The notes below the pieces were generated by a model, which saw nothing but the letters and a program-made list of their open reading frames with translations, was not told the origin of the DNA and made no database searches. The position numbers were made by a program, and so were the translations under genes. From Pristiophorus japonicus (lineage: Eukaryota), in assembly GCF_044704955.1 (NCBI RefSeq), contig NC_092010.1:6634001-6698000 (forward strand): a DNA stretch of 64,000 nt, written 5' to 3'. Below are positions 38,101 through 48,849 of the stretch, one piece after another; the first letter of the stretch is position 1, and every line of letters begins with the position of its first letter.

Positions 38101-41100
38101 GGCTGGTGGCGGAGCTGGGAAAGGGTCTGCGGGTGGAGCTGGGAGAGGGTCTGCGGGTAAATTTGGCAGGGGTCCATGTGGCGGAGCTGGGAGAGGGGCT
38201 GGTGGCGGAGCTGGGAGAGGGGCTGGTGGCGGAGCTAAGAGAGGGGCTGGTGGCGGAGCTGAAAGAGAGGCTGGTGGCGGAGCTGGGAGAGGGTTTGCGC
38301 GCGGAGCTGGGAGAGGGTCTGCGGGCGGAGCTGAGAGAGGGGCTGGTGGCAGAGCTGAGAGAGTGGCTGGTGGCGGAGCTGAGAGAAGGGCTGGTGGCAG
38401 AGCTGGCAGAGGGGCTGGTGGCGGAGCTGAGAGAGGGGCTGGTGGCGGAGCTGAGAGAGGGGCTGGTGGCGGAGCTGGGAGAGGGTCTGTGGGTGGAGCT
38501 GGGAGAGGGGCTGGTGGCGGAACTGGGAGAGGGGCTGGTGGCGGAGCTGAGAAAGGGGCTGGTGGCGGAGCTGGGAGAGGGTCTGCGGGCGGAGCTGGGA
38601 GAGGGTCTGCGGGCGGAGCTGAGAGAGGGGCTGGTGGCGGAGCTGGGGGAGGATCTGCGCGTGGAGCTGGGAGGATCTGCGGGTGGAACTGGGAGAGGGA
38701 CTGGTGGCGGAGCTGGCAGAGGGTCTGCGGGTGGAGCTGGGAGAGGGGCTGGTGGCGGAGCTGGGAGTGGGGCTGGTGGCGGAGCTGGGCGAGGGTCTGC
38801 GCGTGGAGCTGGGAGGATCTGCGGGTGGAAGTGGGAGAGGGACTGGTGGCGGAGCTGGCAGAGGGGCTGGTGACGGAGGTGAGAGAGGGGCTGGTGGCGG
38901 AGGTGAGAGAGGTGCTGGTGGCAGAGCTGGGAGAGGGGCTGGTGGCGGAGCTGGGAAAGGGTCTGCGGGTGGAGCTGGGAGAGGGTCTGCGGGTAAATTT
39001 GGGAGGGGGACATGTGGCGGAGCTGGGAGAGGGGCTGGTGGCGGAGCTGGGAGAGGGGCTGGTGGCGGAGCCAGGAGAGGGGCTGGTGGCGGAGCTGAGA
39101 GAGAGGCTGGAGGCGGAGCTGGGAGAGGGTTTGCGGGTGGAGCTGGGAGAGGGTCTGCGGGTGGAGCTGGGAGAGGGACTGGTGGCGGAGCTGATCGAGT
39201 GGCTGGTGGCGGAGCTGGGAGAGGTTCTGCGGGTGGAGCTGGGAGAGGGTCTGCGGGTGGAGCTGGGAGAGGTGCTGGTGGCGGAGCTGAGAGAGGGGCT
39301 GGTGGTGGAGCTGGGAGAGGGTCTGCGGGCGGAGCTGGGAGAGGGGCTGGTGGCGGAGCTGGGAGAGGGTCTCTGGGTGGAGCTGGGAGAGGGTTTGCGG
39401 GCGGAGCTGAGAGAGGGCCTGCGGGCGGAGGTGAGAGAGGGGCTGGTGGCGGAGGTGAGAGAGGTGCTGGTGGCAGAGCTGGGAGAGGGGCTGGTGGCGG
39501 AGCTGGGAAAGGGTCTGCGGGTGGAGCTGGGAGAGGGTCTGCGGGTAAATTTGGGAGGGGGCCATGTGGCGGAGCTGGGAGAGGGGCTGGTGGCGGAGCT
39601 GGGAGAGGGGCTGGTGGCGGAGCTGGGAGAGGGGCTGGTGGCGGAGCTGAGAGAGAGGCTGGAGGCGGAGCTGGGAGAGGGTTTGCGCGCGGAGCTGGGA
39701 GAGGGTCTGCGGGCGGAGCTGAGAGAGGGGCTGGTGGCAGAGCTGAGAGAGGGGCTGGTGGCGGAGCTGAGAGAAGGGCTGGTGGCAGAGCTAGCAGAGG
39801 GGCTGATGGCGGAGCTGAGAGAGGGGCTGGTGGCGGAGCTGAGAGAGGGGCTGGTGGCGGAGCTGGGAGAGGGTCTGTGGGTGGAGCTGGGAGAGGGGCT
39901 GGTGGCGGAACTGGGAGAGGGGCTGGTGGCGGAGCTGAGAAAGGGGCTGGTGGCGGAGCTGGGAGAGGGTCTCTGGGTGGAGCTGGGATAGGGTCTGAGG
40001 GCGGAGCTGAGAGAGGGTCTGTGGGCGGAGCTGAGAGAGGGGCTGGTGGCGGAGCTGAGAGAAGGGCTGGTGGCAGAGCTGGCAGAGGGGCTTGTGGCGG
40101 AGCTGAGAGAGGGGCTGGTGGCGGAGCTGGGAGAGGGGCTGTGGGTGGAGCTGGGAGAGGGACTGGTGGCGGAGCTGGCAGAGGGGCTGGTGACGGAGGT
40201 GAGAGAGGGGCTGGTGGCGGAGGTGAGAGATGTGCTGGTGGCAGAGCTGGGAGAGGGGCTGGTGGCGGAGCTAGGAAAGGGTCTGCGGGTGGAGCTGGGA
40301 GAGGGTCTGCGGGTAAATTTGGGAGGGGGACATGTGGCGGAGCTGGGAGAGGGGCTGGTGGCGGAGCTGGGAGAGGGGCTGGTGGCGGAGCTAAGAGAGG
40401 GGCTGGTGGCGGAGCTGAGAGAGCAGCTGGAGGCGGAGCTGGGAGAGGGTTTGCGCGTGGAGCTGGGAGAGGGTCTGCGGGTGGAGCTGGGAGAGGGACT
40501 GGTGGCGGAGCTGATCGAGGGGCTGGTGGCGGAGCTGGGAGAGGTTCTGCGGGTGGAGCTGGGAGAGGGTCTGTGGGTGGAGCTGGGAGAGGTGCTGGTG
40601 GCGGAGCTGAGAGAGGGGCTGGTGACGGAGCTGGCAGAGGGGCTTGTGGCGGAGCTGAGAGAGGGGCTGGTGGCGGAGCTGGGAGAGGGTCTCTGGGTGG
40701 AGCTGGGAGAGGGTCTGCGGGCGGAGCTGAGAGAGGGTCTGCGGGCGGAGCTGAGAGGGCGGAGCTGAGAGAGGGGCTGGTGGCGGAGCTGGCAGAGGGG
40801 CTTGTGGCGGAGCTGAGAGAGGGGCTGGTGGCGGAGCTGGGAGACGGGCTGTGGGTGGAGCTGGGAGAGGGGCTGGTGGCGGAGCTGAGAGAGGGGCTGG
40901 TGGCGGAGCTGGGAGAGGGTCTGCGGGCGGAGCTGGGAGAGGGTCTGTGGGTGGAGCTGGGAGAGGAGCTGGTGGCGGAGCTGAGAGAGGGGCTGGTGGC
41001 GGAGCTGGGAGAGATTCTGCGGGTGGAGCTGGGAGAGGGTCTGCGGGCGGAGCTGAGAGAGGGGCTGGTGGCGGAGCTGGGCGAGGATCTGCGCGTGGAG

Positions 41101-44100
41101 CTGGGAGGATCTGCGGGTGGAACTGGGAGAGGGACTGGTGGCGGAGCTGGCAGAGGGGCTGGTGGCAGAGCTGGGAGAGGGGCTGGTGGCGGAGCTGGGA
41201 AAGGGTCTGCGGGTGGAGCTGGGAGAGGGTCTGCGGGTAAATTTGGGAGGGGGCCATGTGGCGGAGCTGGGAGAGGTGCTGGTGGCGGTGCTGGGAGAGG
41301 GGCTGGTGGCGGAGCTAAGAGAGGGGCTGGTGGCGGAGCTGAGAGAGAGGCTGGAGGCGGAGCTGGGAGAGGGTTTGCGCGCGGAGCTGGGAGAGGGTCT
41401 GCGGGCGGAGCTGAGAGAGGGGCTGGTGGCATAGCTGAGAGAGGGGCTGGTGGCGGAGCTGAGAGAAGGGCTGGTGGCAGAGCTGGCAGAGGGGCTGGTG
41501 GCGGAGCTGAGAGAGGGGCTGGTGGCGGAGCTGAGAGAGGGGCTGGTGGCGGAGCTGGGAGAGGGTCTGTGGGTGGAGCTGGGAGAGGGGCTGGTGGCGG
41601 AACTGGGAGAGGGGCTGGTGGCGGAGCTGAGAAAGGGGCTGGTGGCGGAGCTGGGAGAGAGTCTCTGGGTGGAGCTGGGAGAGGGTCTGCGGGCGGAGCT
41701 GAGAGAGGGTCTGCGGGCGGAGCTGAGAGAGGGGCTGGTGGCGGAGCTGAGAGAGGGGCTGGTGGCGGAGCTGAGAGAAGGGCTGGTGGCAGAGCTGGCA
41801 GAGGTTCTGCGGGTGGAGCTGGGAGAGGGTCTGCGGGTGGAGCTGGGAGAGGTGCTGGTGGCGGAGCTGAGAGAGGGGCTGGTGGCGGAGCTGGGAGAGG
41901 GTCTGCGGGCGGAGCTGGGAGAGGGGCTGGTGGCGGAGCTGGGAGAGGGTCTCTGGGTGGAGCTGGGAGAGGGTCTGCGGGCGGAGCTGAGAGAGGGTCT
42001 GCGGGCGGAGCTGAGAGAGGGGCTGGTGGCGGAGCTGAGAGAGGGGCTGGTGGCGGAGCTGAGAGAAGGGCTGGTGGCAGAGCTGGCAGAGGGGCTTGTG
42101 GCGGAGCTGAGAGAGGGGCTGGTGGCGGAGCTGGGAGAGGGGCTGTGGGTGGAGCTGGGAGAGGGGCTGGTGGCGGAGCTGAGTGAGGGGCTGGTGGCGG
42201 AGCTGGGAGAGGGTCTGCGGGCGGAGTTGGGAGAGGGTCTGTGGGTGGAGCTGGGAGAGGGGCTGGTGGCGGAGCTGAGAGAGGGGCTGGTGGCGGAGCT
42301 GGGAGAGGTTCTGCGGGTGGAGCTGGGAGAGGGTCTGCGGGCGGAGCTGAGAGAGGGGCTGGTGTCGGAGCTGGGCGAGGATCTGCGCGTGGAGCTGGGA
42401 GGATCTGCGGGTGGAACTGCGAGAGGGACTGGTGGCGGAGCTGGCAGAGGGGCTGGTGACGGAGGTGAGAGAGGGGCTGGTGGCGGAGGTGAGAGAGGTG
42501 CTGGTGGCAGAGCTGGGAAAGGGTCTGCGGGTGGAGCTGGGAGAGGGTCTGCGGGTAAATTTGGGAGGGGGCCATGTGGCGGAGCTGGGAGAGGGGCTGG
42601 TGGCGGAGCTGGGAGAGGGGCTGGTGGCGGAGCTAAAAGAGGGGCTGGTGGCGGAGCTGAGAGAGAGGCTGGAGGCGGAGCTGGGAGAGGGTTTGCGCGC
42701 GGAGCTGGGAGAGGGTCTGCGGGCGGAGATGAGAGAGGGGCTGGTGGCAGAGCTGAGAGAGGGGCTGGTGGCGGAGCTGAGAGAAGGGCTGGTGGCAGAG
42801 CTGGCAGAGGGGCTGGTGGCGGAGCTGAGAGAGGGGCTGGTGGCGGAGCTGAGAGAGGGGCTGGTGGCGGAGCTGGGAGAGGGTCTGTGGGTGGAGCTGG
42901 GAGAGGGGCTGGTGGCGGAACTGGGAGAGGCTGGTGGCGGAGCTGAGAAAGGGGCTGGTGGCGGAGCTGGGAGAGGGTCTCTGGGTGGAGCTGGGATAGG
43001 GTCTGCGGGCGGAGCTGAGAGAGTGTCTGCGGGCGGAGCTGAGAGAGGGGCTGGTGGCCGAGCTGAGAGAGGGGCTGGTGGCGGAGCTGAGAGAAGGGCT
43101 GGTGGCAGAGCTGGCAGAGGTTCTGCGGGTGGAGCTGGGAGAGGGTCTGCGGGCGGAGCTGAGAGAGGGTCTGCGGGCGGAGCTGAGAGAGGGGCTGGTG
43201 GCGGAGCTGAGAGAGGGGCTGGTGGCGGAGCTGAGAGAAGGGCTGGTGGCAGAGCTGGCAGAGGTTCTGCGGGTGGAGCTGGGAGAGGGTCTGCGGGTGG
43301 AGCTGGGAGAGGTGCTGGTGGCGGAGCTGAGAGAGGGGCTGGTGGCGGAGCTGGGAGAGGGTCTGCGGGCGGAGCTGGGAGAGGGGCTGGTGGCGGAGCT
43401 GGGAGAGGGTCTCTGGGTGGAGCTGGGAGAGGGTCTGCGGGCGGAGCTGAGAGAGGGTCTGCGGGCGGAGCTGAGAGAGGGGCTGGTGGCGGAGCTGAGA
43501 GAGGGGCTGGTGGCGGAGCTGAGAGAAGGGCTGGTGGCAGAGCTGGCAGAGGGGCTTGTGGCGGAGCTGAGAGAGGGGCTGGTGGCGGAGCTGGGAGAGG
43601 GGCTGTGGGTGGAGCTGGGAGAGGGGCTGGTGGCGGAGCTGAGAGAGGGGCTGGTGGCGGAGCTGGGAGAGGGTCTGCGGGCGGAGTTGGGAGAGGGTCT
43701 GTGGGTGGAGCTGGGAGAGGGGCTGGTGGCGGAGCTGAGAGAGGGGCTGGTGTTTGGAGCTGGGAGAGGTTCTGCGGGTGGAGCTGGGAGAGGGTCTGCG
43801 GGCGGAGCTGAGAGAGGGGCTGGTGTCGGAGCTGGGCGAGGATCTGCGCGTGGAGCTGGGAGGATCTGCGGGTGGAACTGCGAGAGGGACTGGTGGCGGA
43901 GCTGGCAGAGGGGCTGGTGACGGAGGTGAGAGAGGGGCTGGTGGCGGAGGTGAGAGAGGTGCTGGTGGCAGAGCTGGGAAAGGGTCTGCGGGTGGAGCTG
44001 GGAGAGGGTCTGCGGGTAAATTTGGGAGGGGGCCATGTGGCGGAGCTGGGAGAGGGGCTGGTGGCGGAGCTGGGAGAGGGGCTGGTGGCGGAGCTAAAAG

Positions 44101-47100
44101 AGGGGCTGGTGGCGGAGCTGAGAGAGAGGCTGGAGGCGGAGCTGGGAGAGGGTTTGCGCGCGGAGCTGGGAGAGGGTCTGCGGGCGGAGATGAGAGAGGG
44201 GCTGGTGGCAGAGCTGAGAGAGGGGCTGGTAGCGGAGCTGAGAGAAGGGCTGGTGGCAGAGCTGGCAGAGGGGCTGGTGGCGGAGCTGAGAGAGGGGCTG
44301 GTGGCGGAGCTGAGAGAGGGGCTGGTGGCGGAGCTGGGAGAGGGTCTGTGGGTGGAGCTGGGAGAGGGGCTGGTGGCGGAACTGGGAGAGGGGCTGGTGG
44401 CGGAGCTGAGAAAGGGGCTGGTGGCGGAGCTGGGAGAGGGTCTCTGGGTGGAGCTGGGATAGGGTCTGCGGGCGGAGCTGAGAGAGTGTCTGCGGGCGGA
44501 GCTGAGAGAGGGGCTGGTGGCGGAGCTGAGAGAGGGGCTGGTGGCGGAGCTGAGAGAAGGGCTGGTGGCAGAGCTGGCAGAGGTTCTGCGGGTGGAGCTG
44601 GGAGAGGGTCTGCGGGTGGAGCTGGGAGAGGTGCTGGTGGCGGAGCTGAGAGAGGGTCTGCGGGCGGAGCTGAGAGAGGGGCTGGTGGCGGAGCTGAGAG
44701 AAGGGCTGGTGGCAGAGCTGGCAGAGGGGCTTGTGGCGGAGCTGAGAGAGGGGCTGGTGGCGGAGCTGGGAGAGGGGCTGTGGGTGGTGCTGGGAGAGGG
44801 GCTGGTGGCGGAGCTGAGAGAGGGGCTGGTGGCGGAGCTGGGAGAGGGTCTGCGGTCGGAGCTGGGAGAGGGTCTGCGGGTGGAGCTGGGAGAGGTGCTG
44901 GTGGCGGAGCTGAGAGAGGGGCTGGTGGCGGAGCTGGCAGAGGGTCTGCGGGCGGAGCTGGGAGAGGGGCTGGTGGCGGAGCTGGGAGAGGGTCACTGGG
45001 TGGAGCTGGGAGAGGGTTTGCGGGCGGAGCTGAGAGAGGGTCTGCGGGCGGAGCTGAGAGAGGGGCTGATGGCGGAGCTGAGAGAGGGGCTGGTGGCGGA
45101 GCTGGGAGAGGGTCTGCGGGCGGAGCTGGGAGAGGGGCTGGTGGCGGAGCTGGGAGAGGGTCTCTGGGTGGAGCTGGGAGAGGGTCTGCGGGCGGAGCTG
45201 AGAGAGGGTCTGCGGGCGGAGCTGAGAGAGGGGCTGGTGGCGGAGCTGAGAGAAGGGCTGGTGGCAGAGCTGGCAGAGGGGCTTGTGGCGGAGCTGAGAG
45301 AGGGGCTGGTGGCGGAGCTGGGAGAGGGGCTGTGGGTGGTGCTGGGAGAGGGGCTGGTGGCGGAGCTGAGAGAGGGGCTGGTGGCGGAGCTGGGAGAGGG
45401 TCTGCGGTCGGAGCTGGGAGAGGGTCTGCGGGTGGAGCTGGGAGAGGTGCTGGTGGCGGAGCTGAGAGAGGGGCTGGTGGCGGAGCTGGCAGAGGGTCTG
45501 CGGGCGGAGCTGGGAGAGGGGCTGGTGGCGGAGCTGGGAGAGGGTCACTGGGTGGAGCTGGGAGAGGGTTTGCGGGCGGAGCTGAGAGAGGGTCTGCGGG
45601 CGGAGCTGAGAGAGGGGCTGGTGGCGGAGCTGAGAGAGGGGCTGGTGGCGGAGCTGAGAGAAGGGCTGGTGGCAGAGCTGGCAAAGGGGCTTGTGGCGGA
45701 GCTGAGAGAGGGGCTAGTGGCGGAACTGGGAGAGGGTCCGTGGGTGGAGCTGGGAGAGGGGCTGGTGGCGGAGCTGAGGGAGGGGCTGGTGGCGGAGCTG
45801 GGAGAGGTTCTGCGGGTCGAGCTGGGAGAGGGTCTGCGGGCGGAGCTGAGAGAGGGGCTGGTGGCGGAGCTGGGCGAGGATCTGCGGGTGGAGCTGGGAG
45901 GATCTGCGGGTGGAACTGGGAGAGGGACTGGTGGCGGAGCTGGCAGAGGGGCTGGTGACGGAGGTGAGAGAGGGGCTGGTGGCGGAGGTGAGAGAGGTGC
46001 TGGTGGCAGAGCTGGGAGAGGGGCTGGTGGCGGAGCTGGGAGAGGGGCTGGTGGCGGAGCTAAGAGAGGGGCTGGTGGCGGAGCTGAGAGAGAGGCTGGA
46101 GGTGGAGCTGGGAGAGGGTCTGCGGGTGGAGCTGGGAGAGGGACTGGTGGCGGAGCTGGGAGAGGTTCTGGTGGCGGAGCTGAGAGAGGGGCTGGTGGCG
46201 GAGCTGAGAGAAGGGCTGGTGGCAGAGCTGGCAGAGGGTCTGCGGTCGGAGCTGGGAGAGGGTCTGCGGGTGGAGCTGGGAGAGGTGCTGGTGGCGGAGC
46301 TGAGAGAGGGGCTGGTGGCGGAGCTGGCAGAGGGTCTGCGGGCGGAGCTGGGAGAGGGGCTGGTGGCGGAGCTGGGAGAGGGTCACTGGGTGGAGCTGGG
46401 AGAGGGTTTGCGGGCGGAGCTGAGAGAGGGTCTGCGGGCGGAGCTGAGAGAGGGGCTGGTGGCGGAGCTGAGAGAGGGGCTGGTGGCGGAGCTGGGAGAG
46501 GGTCTGCGGGCGGAGCTGGGAGAGGGGCTGGTGGCGGAGCTGGGAGAGGGTCTCTGGGTGGAGCTGGGAGAGGGTCTGCGGGCGGAGCTGAGAGAGGGTC
46601 TGCGGGCGGAGCTGAGAGAGGGGCTGGTGGCGGAGCTGAGAGAAGGGCTGGTGGCAGAGCTGGCAGAGGGGCTTGTGGCGGAGCTGAGAGAGGGGCTGGT
46701 GGCGGAGCTGGGAGAGGGGCTGTGGGTGGTGCTGGGAGAGGGGCTGGTGGCGGAGCTGAGAGAGGGGCTGGTGGCGGAGCTGGGAGAGGGTCTGCGGTCG
46801 GAGCTGGGAGAGGGTCTGCGGGTGGAGCTGGGAGAGGTGCTGGTGGCGGAGCTGAGAGAGGGGCTGGTGGCGGAGCTGGCAGAGGGTCTGCGGGCGGAGC
46901 TGGGAGAGGGGCTGGTGGCGGAGCTGGGAGAGGGTCACTGGGTGGAGCTGGGAGAGGGTTTGCGGGCGGAGCTGAGAGAGGGTCTGCGGGCGGAGCTGAG
47001 AGAGGGGCTGGTGGCGGAGCTGAGAGAGGGGCTGGTGGCGGAGCTGAGAGAAGGGCTGGTGGCAGAGCTGGCAAAGGGGCTTGTGGCGGAGCTGAGAGAG

Positions 47101-47859
47101 GGGCTGGTGGCGGAGCTGGGAGAGGTTCTGCGGGTCGAGCTGGGAGAGGGTCTGCGGGCGGAGCTGAGAGAGGAGCTGGTGGCGGAGCTGGGCGAGGATC
47201 TGCGGGTGGAGCTGGGAGGATCTGCGGGTGGAACTGGGAGAGGGACTGGTGGCGGAGCTGGCAGAGGGGCTGGTGACGGAGGTGAGAGAGGGGCTGGTGG
47301 CGGAGGTGAGAGAGGTGCTGGTGGCAGAGCTGGGAGAGGGGCTGGTGGCGGAGCTGGGAGAGGGGCTGGTGGCGGAGCTAAGAGAGGGGCTGGTGGCGGA
47401 GCTGAGAGAGAGGCTGGAGGTGGAGCTGGGAGAGGGTCTGCGGGTGGAGCTGGGAGAGGGACTGGTGGCGGAGCTGGGAGAGGTTCTGGTGGCGGAGCTG
47501 GGAGAGGGTCTGTGGGTGGAGCTGGGAGAGGGGCTGGTGGCGGAGCTGAGGGAGGGGCTGGTGGCGGAGCTGGGAGAGGTTCTGCGGGTCGAGCTGGGAG
47601 AGGGTCTGCGGGCGGAGCTGAGAGAGGGGCTGGTGGCGTAGCTGGGCGAGGATCTGCGGGTGGAGCTGGGAGGATCTGCGGGTGGAACTGGGAGAGGGAC
47701 TGGTGGCGGAGCTGGCAGAGGGGCTGGTGACGGAGGTGAGAGAGGGGCTGGTGGCGGAGGTGAGAGAGGTGCTGGTGGCAGAGCTGGGAGAGGGGCTGCG
47801 GGCGGAGCTGGGAGAGGGGCTGGTGGCGGAGCTGAGAGAGGGGCTGTGGGTGGAGCTTG

Positions 47860-47935
47860 GACGTTGGTGGGCGGGGCTTGTCTTTATGCGGTGGGGCGCA
47901 TGTGCGAAAGGAGCGGGTCAGTTGAACGGGCGGAG
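47860..47935 (+). promoter_or_regulatory. Probable TATA-less CpG-rich core promoter of GTSF1
   Basis: GC box TGGGCGGGGC at 47868-47877. NRF1-like GCGCATGTGC at 47896-47905 (one mismatch to GCGCATGCGC). MYB-type CAGTTG (CNGTTR) at 47919-47924. Second GGGCGG at 47928-47933. All lie just upstream of a consensus splice donor and ~550 bp before the first coding exon. Confidence 0.6.
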
Positions 47936-47949
47936 GAGTGAGGCTGTAG
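47920..47949 (+). other. gtsf1: Putative non-coding exon 1 (5' UTR) of GTSF1; 5' boundary unknown
   Basis: Donor TAG|GTGAGC with GT at 47950-47951. The next exon begins only 1 nt before the ATG, so an upstream UTR exon is required. Confidence 0.55.
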
Positions 47950-48458
47950 GTGAGCATCAGAATCAGCGGCGTGCACTTTGCAGCCTCAAAGGCGAGGCCC
48001 AGCCGCCCCTTGTGTAACTTGACCGAGTCTGGTGATGGGCTCTCCTCACCTGCCGCAGTTCCTCTTCCATAGCCCCTCCATCAGCCACGGGAGACCCCGC
48101 TCTGTGCACCACGGTCTTTATTTCCGCTGCTTCCTTTCCCCAGTGTGAACAGGTCTGTGCCCTTGACTAGGCCACAGTCTTGGCCACCCACCGGTCCTGG
48201 CCAGTCCAGCCCAATCCAATCCTGCCCAATTAAACTCGGGTCCTTATCTGCTTTAAAAAACCTTGAGCCATTGTAACAGCTGCACTTTGTTTTAAATCTA
48301 GTGTGGGCTTGCCCTTGTACATGAAGTATTGCCTTTGGAGAAGGAGGTGTGAGTGGGCTAATGATCGGATGCTGTGATTGTACACAGATTAACCATGAAT
48401 ACACCAAGTTACTTTTCTTTGCTTCCGCCCTGGTAATTGTGCTTTGCCGCTTTTCAGA

Positions 48459-48560
48459 ATGAGTTTCATTGTTCCTGAGGATCTTCTGCAGTGTCCCTAT
48501 GACAAAAATCATCACATTCGAGCTTGCAGATTTCCCTACCACCTGGTGAAATGTAGGAAG
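48459..48560 (+). CDS. gtsf1: GTSF1 (gametocyte-specific factor 1) coding exon A: CHHC zinc finger 1, [34 protein letters not shown]
   Basis: Acceptor CTTTTCAG ends at 48457, ATG at 48459, phase-0 donor AAG|GTAAGA at 48561. Spacing is C-x5-H-x9-H-x3-C. Nearly identical to the recalled mammalian [26 protein letters not shown]. Confidence 0.95.
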
Positions 48561-48613
48561 GTAAGATGGCAGGTTTACACACATCATCCTGGAAATTATA
48601 TCGCACCTTTGCT

Positions 48614-48840
48614 TCATCATCATCATCGGCAGTCCCTCGGAATCGAGGAAGACTTGCTTCCAATCTAAAAATGAGTTCTCAGGTGACTGAATAATCCAAT
48701 ACGAGAGCCACAGTCTCTGTCACAGGTGGGACAGACAATGGTTGAGGGAAGGGGTGGGTGGGGAGTCTGGTTTGCCACACGCTCCTTCCCCTGCCTGCAC
48801 TTGATTTCTGCATGCTCTCGGCGATGAGACCCAAGCATGG
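48614..48840 (-). mobile_element. 3' end fragment of an RTE-clade-like LINE
   Basis: Minus strand encodes a C-terminal CPTCDRDCGSRIGLFSHLRTHF* zinc-finger motif, followed by a short 3' UTR and a (GAT)n tail (TCATCATCATCATC at 48614-48627 on +). Confidence 0.75.
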
Positions 48841-48849
48841 ATACGAAAT

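Larger units (their letters stand above)
1..47858. repeat. Very large G-rich satellite with a 24-bp unit made of two related 12-mers (GGAGCTGGGAGA + GGGGCTGG[G/T]GGC); about 2000 units by length; continues off the left edge
   Basis: GGAGCTG recurs about every 24 bp throughout. Subtype A (GGAGCTGGGAGT-GAGCCTGGGGGC / GGGGCTGGGGGC) dominates ~1-3970, ~5250-21020 and ~24400-25560. Subtype B (GGAGCTG[A/G]GAGA-GGGGCTGGTGGC / GGGTCTGCGGG[C/T]) dominates ~3980-5250, ~21020-24400 and ~25560-47858. Periodicity stops abruptly at ...GTGGAGCTTGGACGTTG. Confidence 0.98.

Noticed and set aside
21020-47830. PRDM9 hotspot motif on the minus strand (CCACCAGCCCCTC vs CCNCCNTNNCCNC)
   Set aside because: Mismatch at the conserved T, and the motif is specific to human alleles.
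1-47858. True immunoglobulin switch region or telomeric repeat
   Set aside because: No Ig exons and no TTAGGG arrays; the adjacent gene is GTSF1.
47886-47949. Upstream ATG (MRWGACAK...) as a GTSF1 N-terminal extension
   Set aside because: Splicing 47949 to 48458 puts it out of frame (GAA then TGA), and it probably lies upstream of the TSS.
41-47957. Long ORFs in the satellite (up to 2658 and 2773 aa; ELGEGLVA, GAGGGAGR and PAPPPAPL repeats resembling silk, mucin or extensin)
   Set aside because: A 24-bp G-rich period leaves several frames open on both strands at once. Frames swap at 22/23-bp monomers, most starts are GTG/TTG, and there is no unique domain or splice structure.
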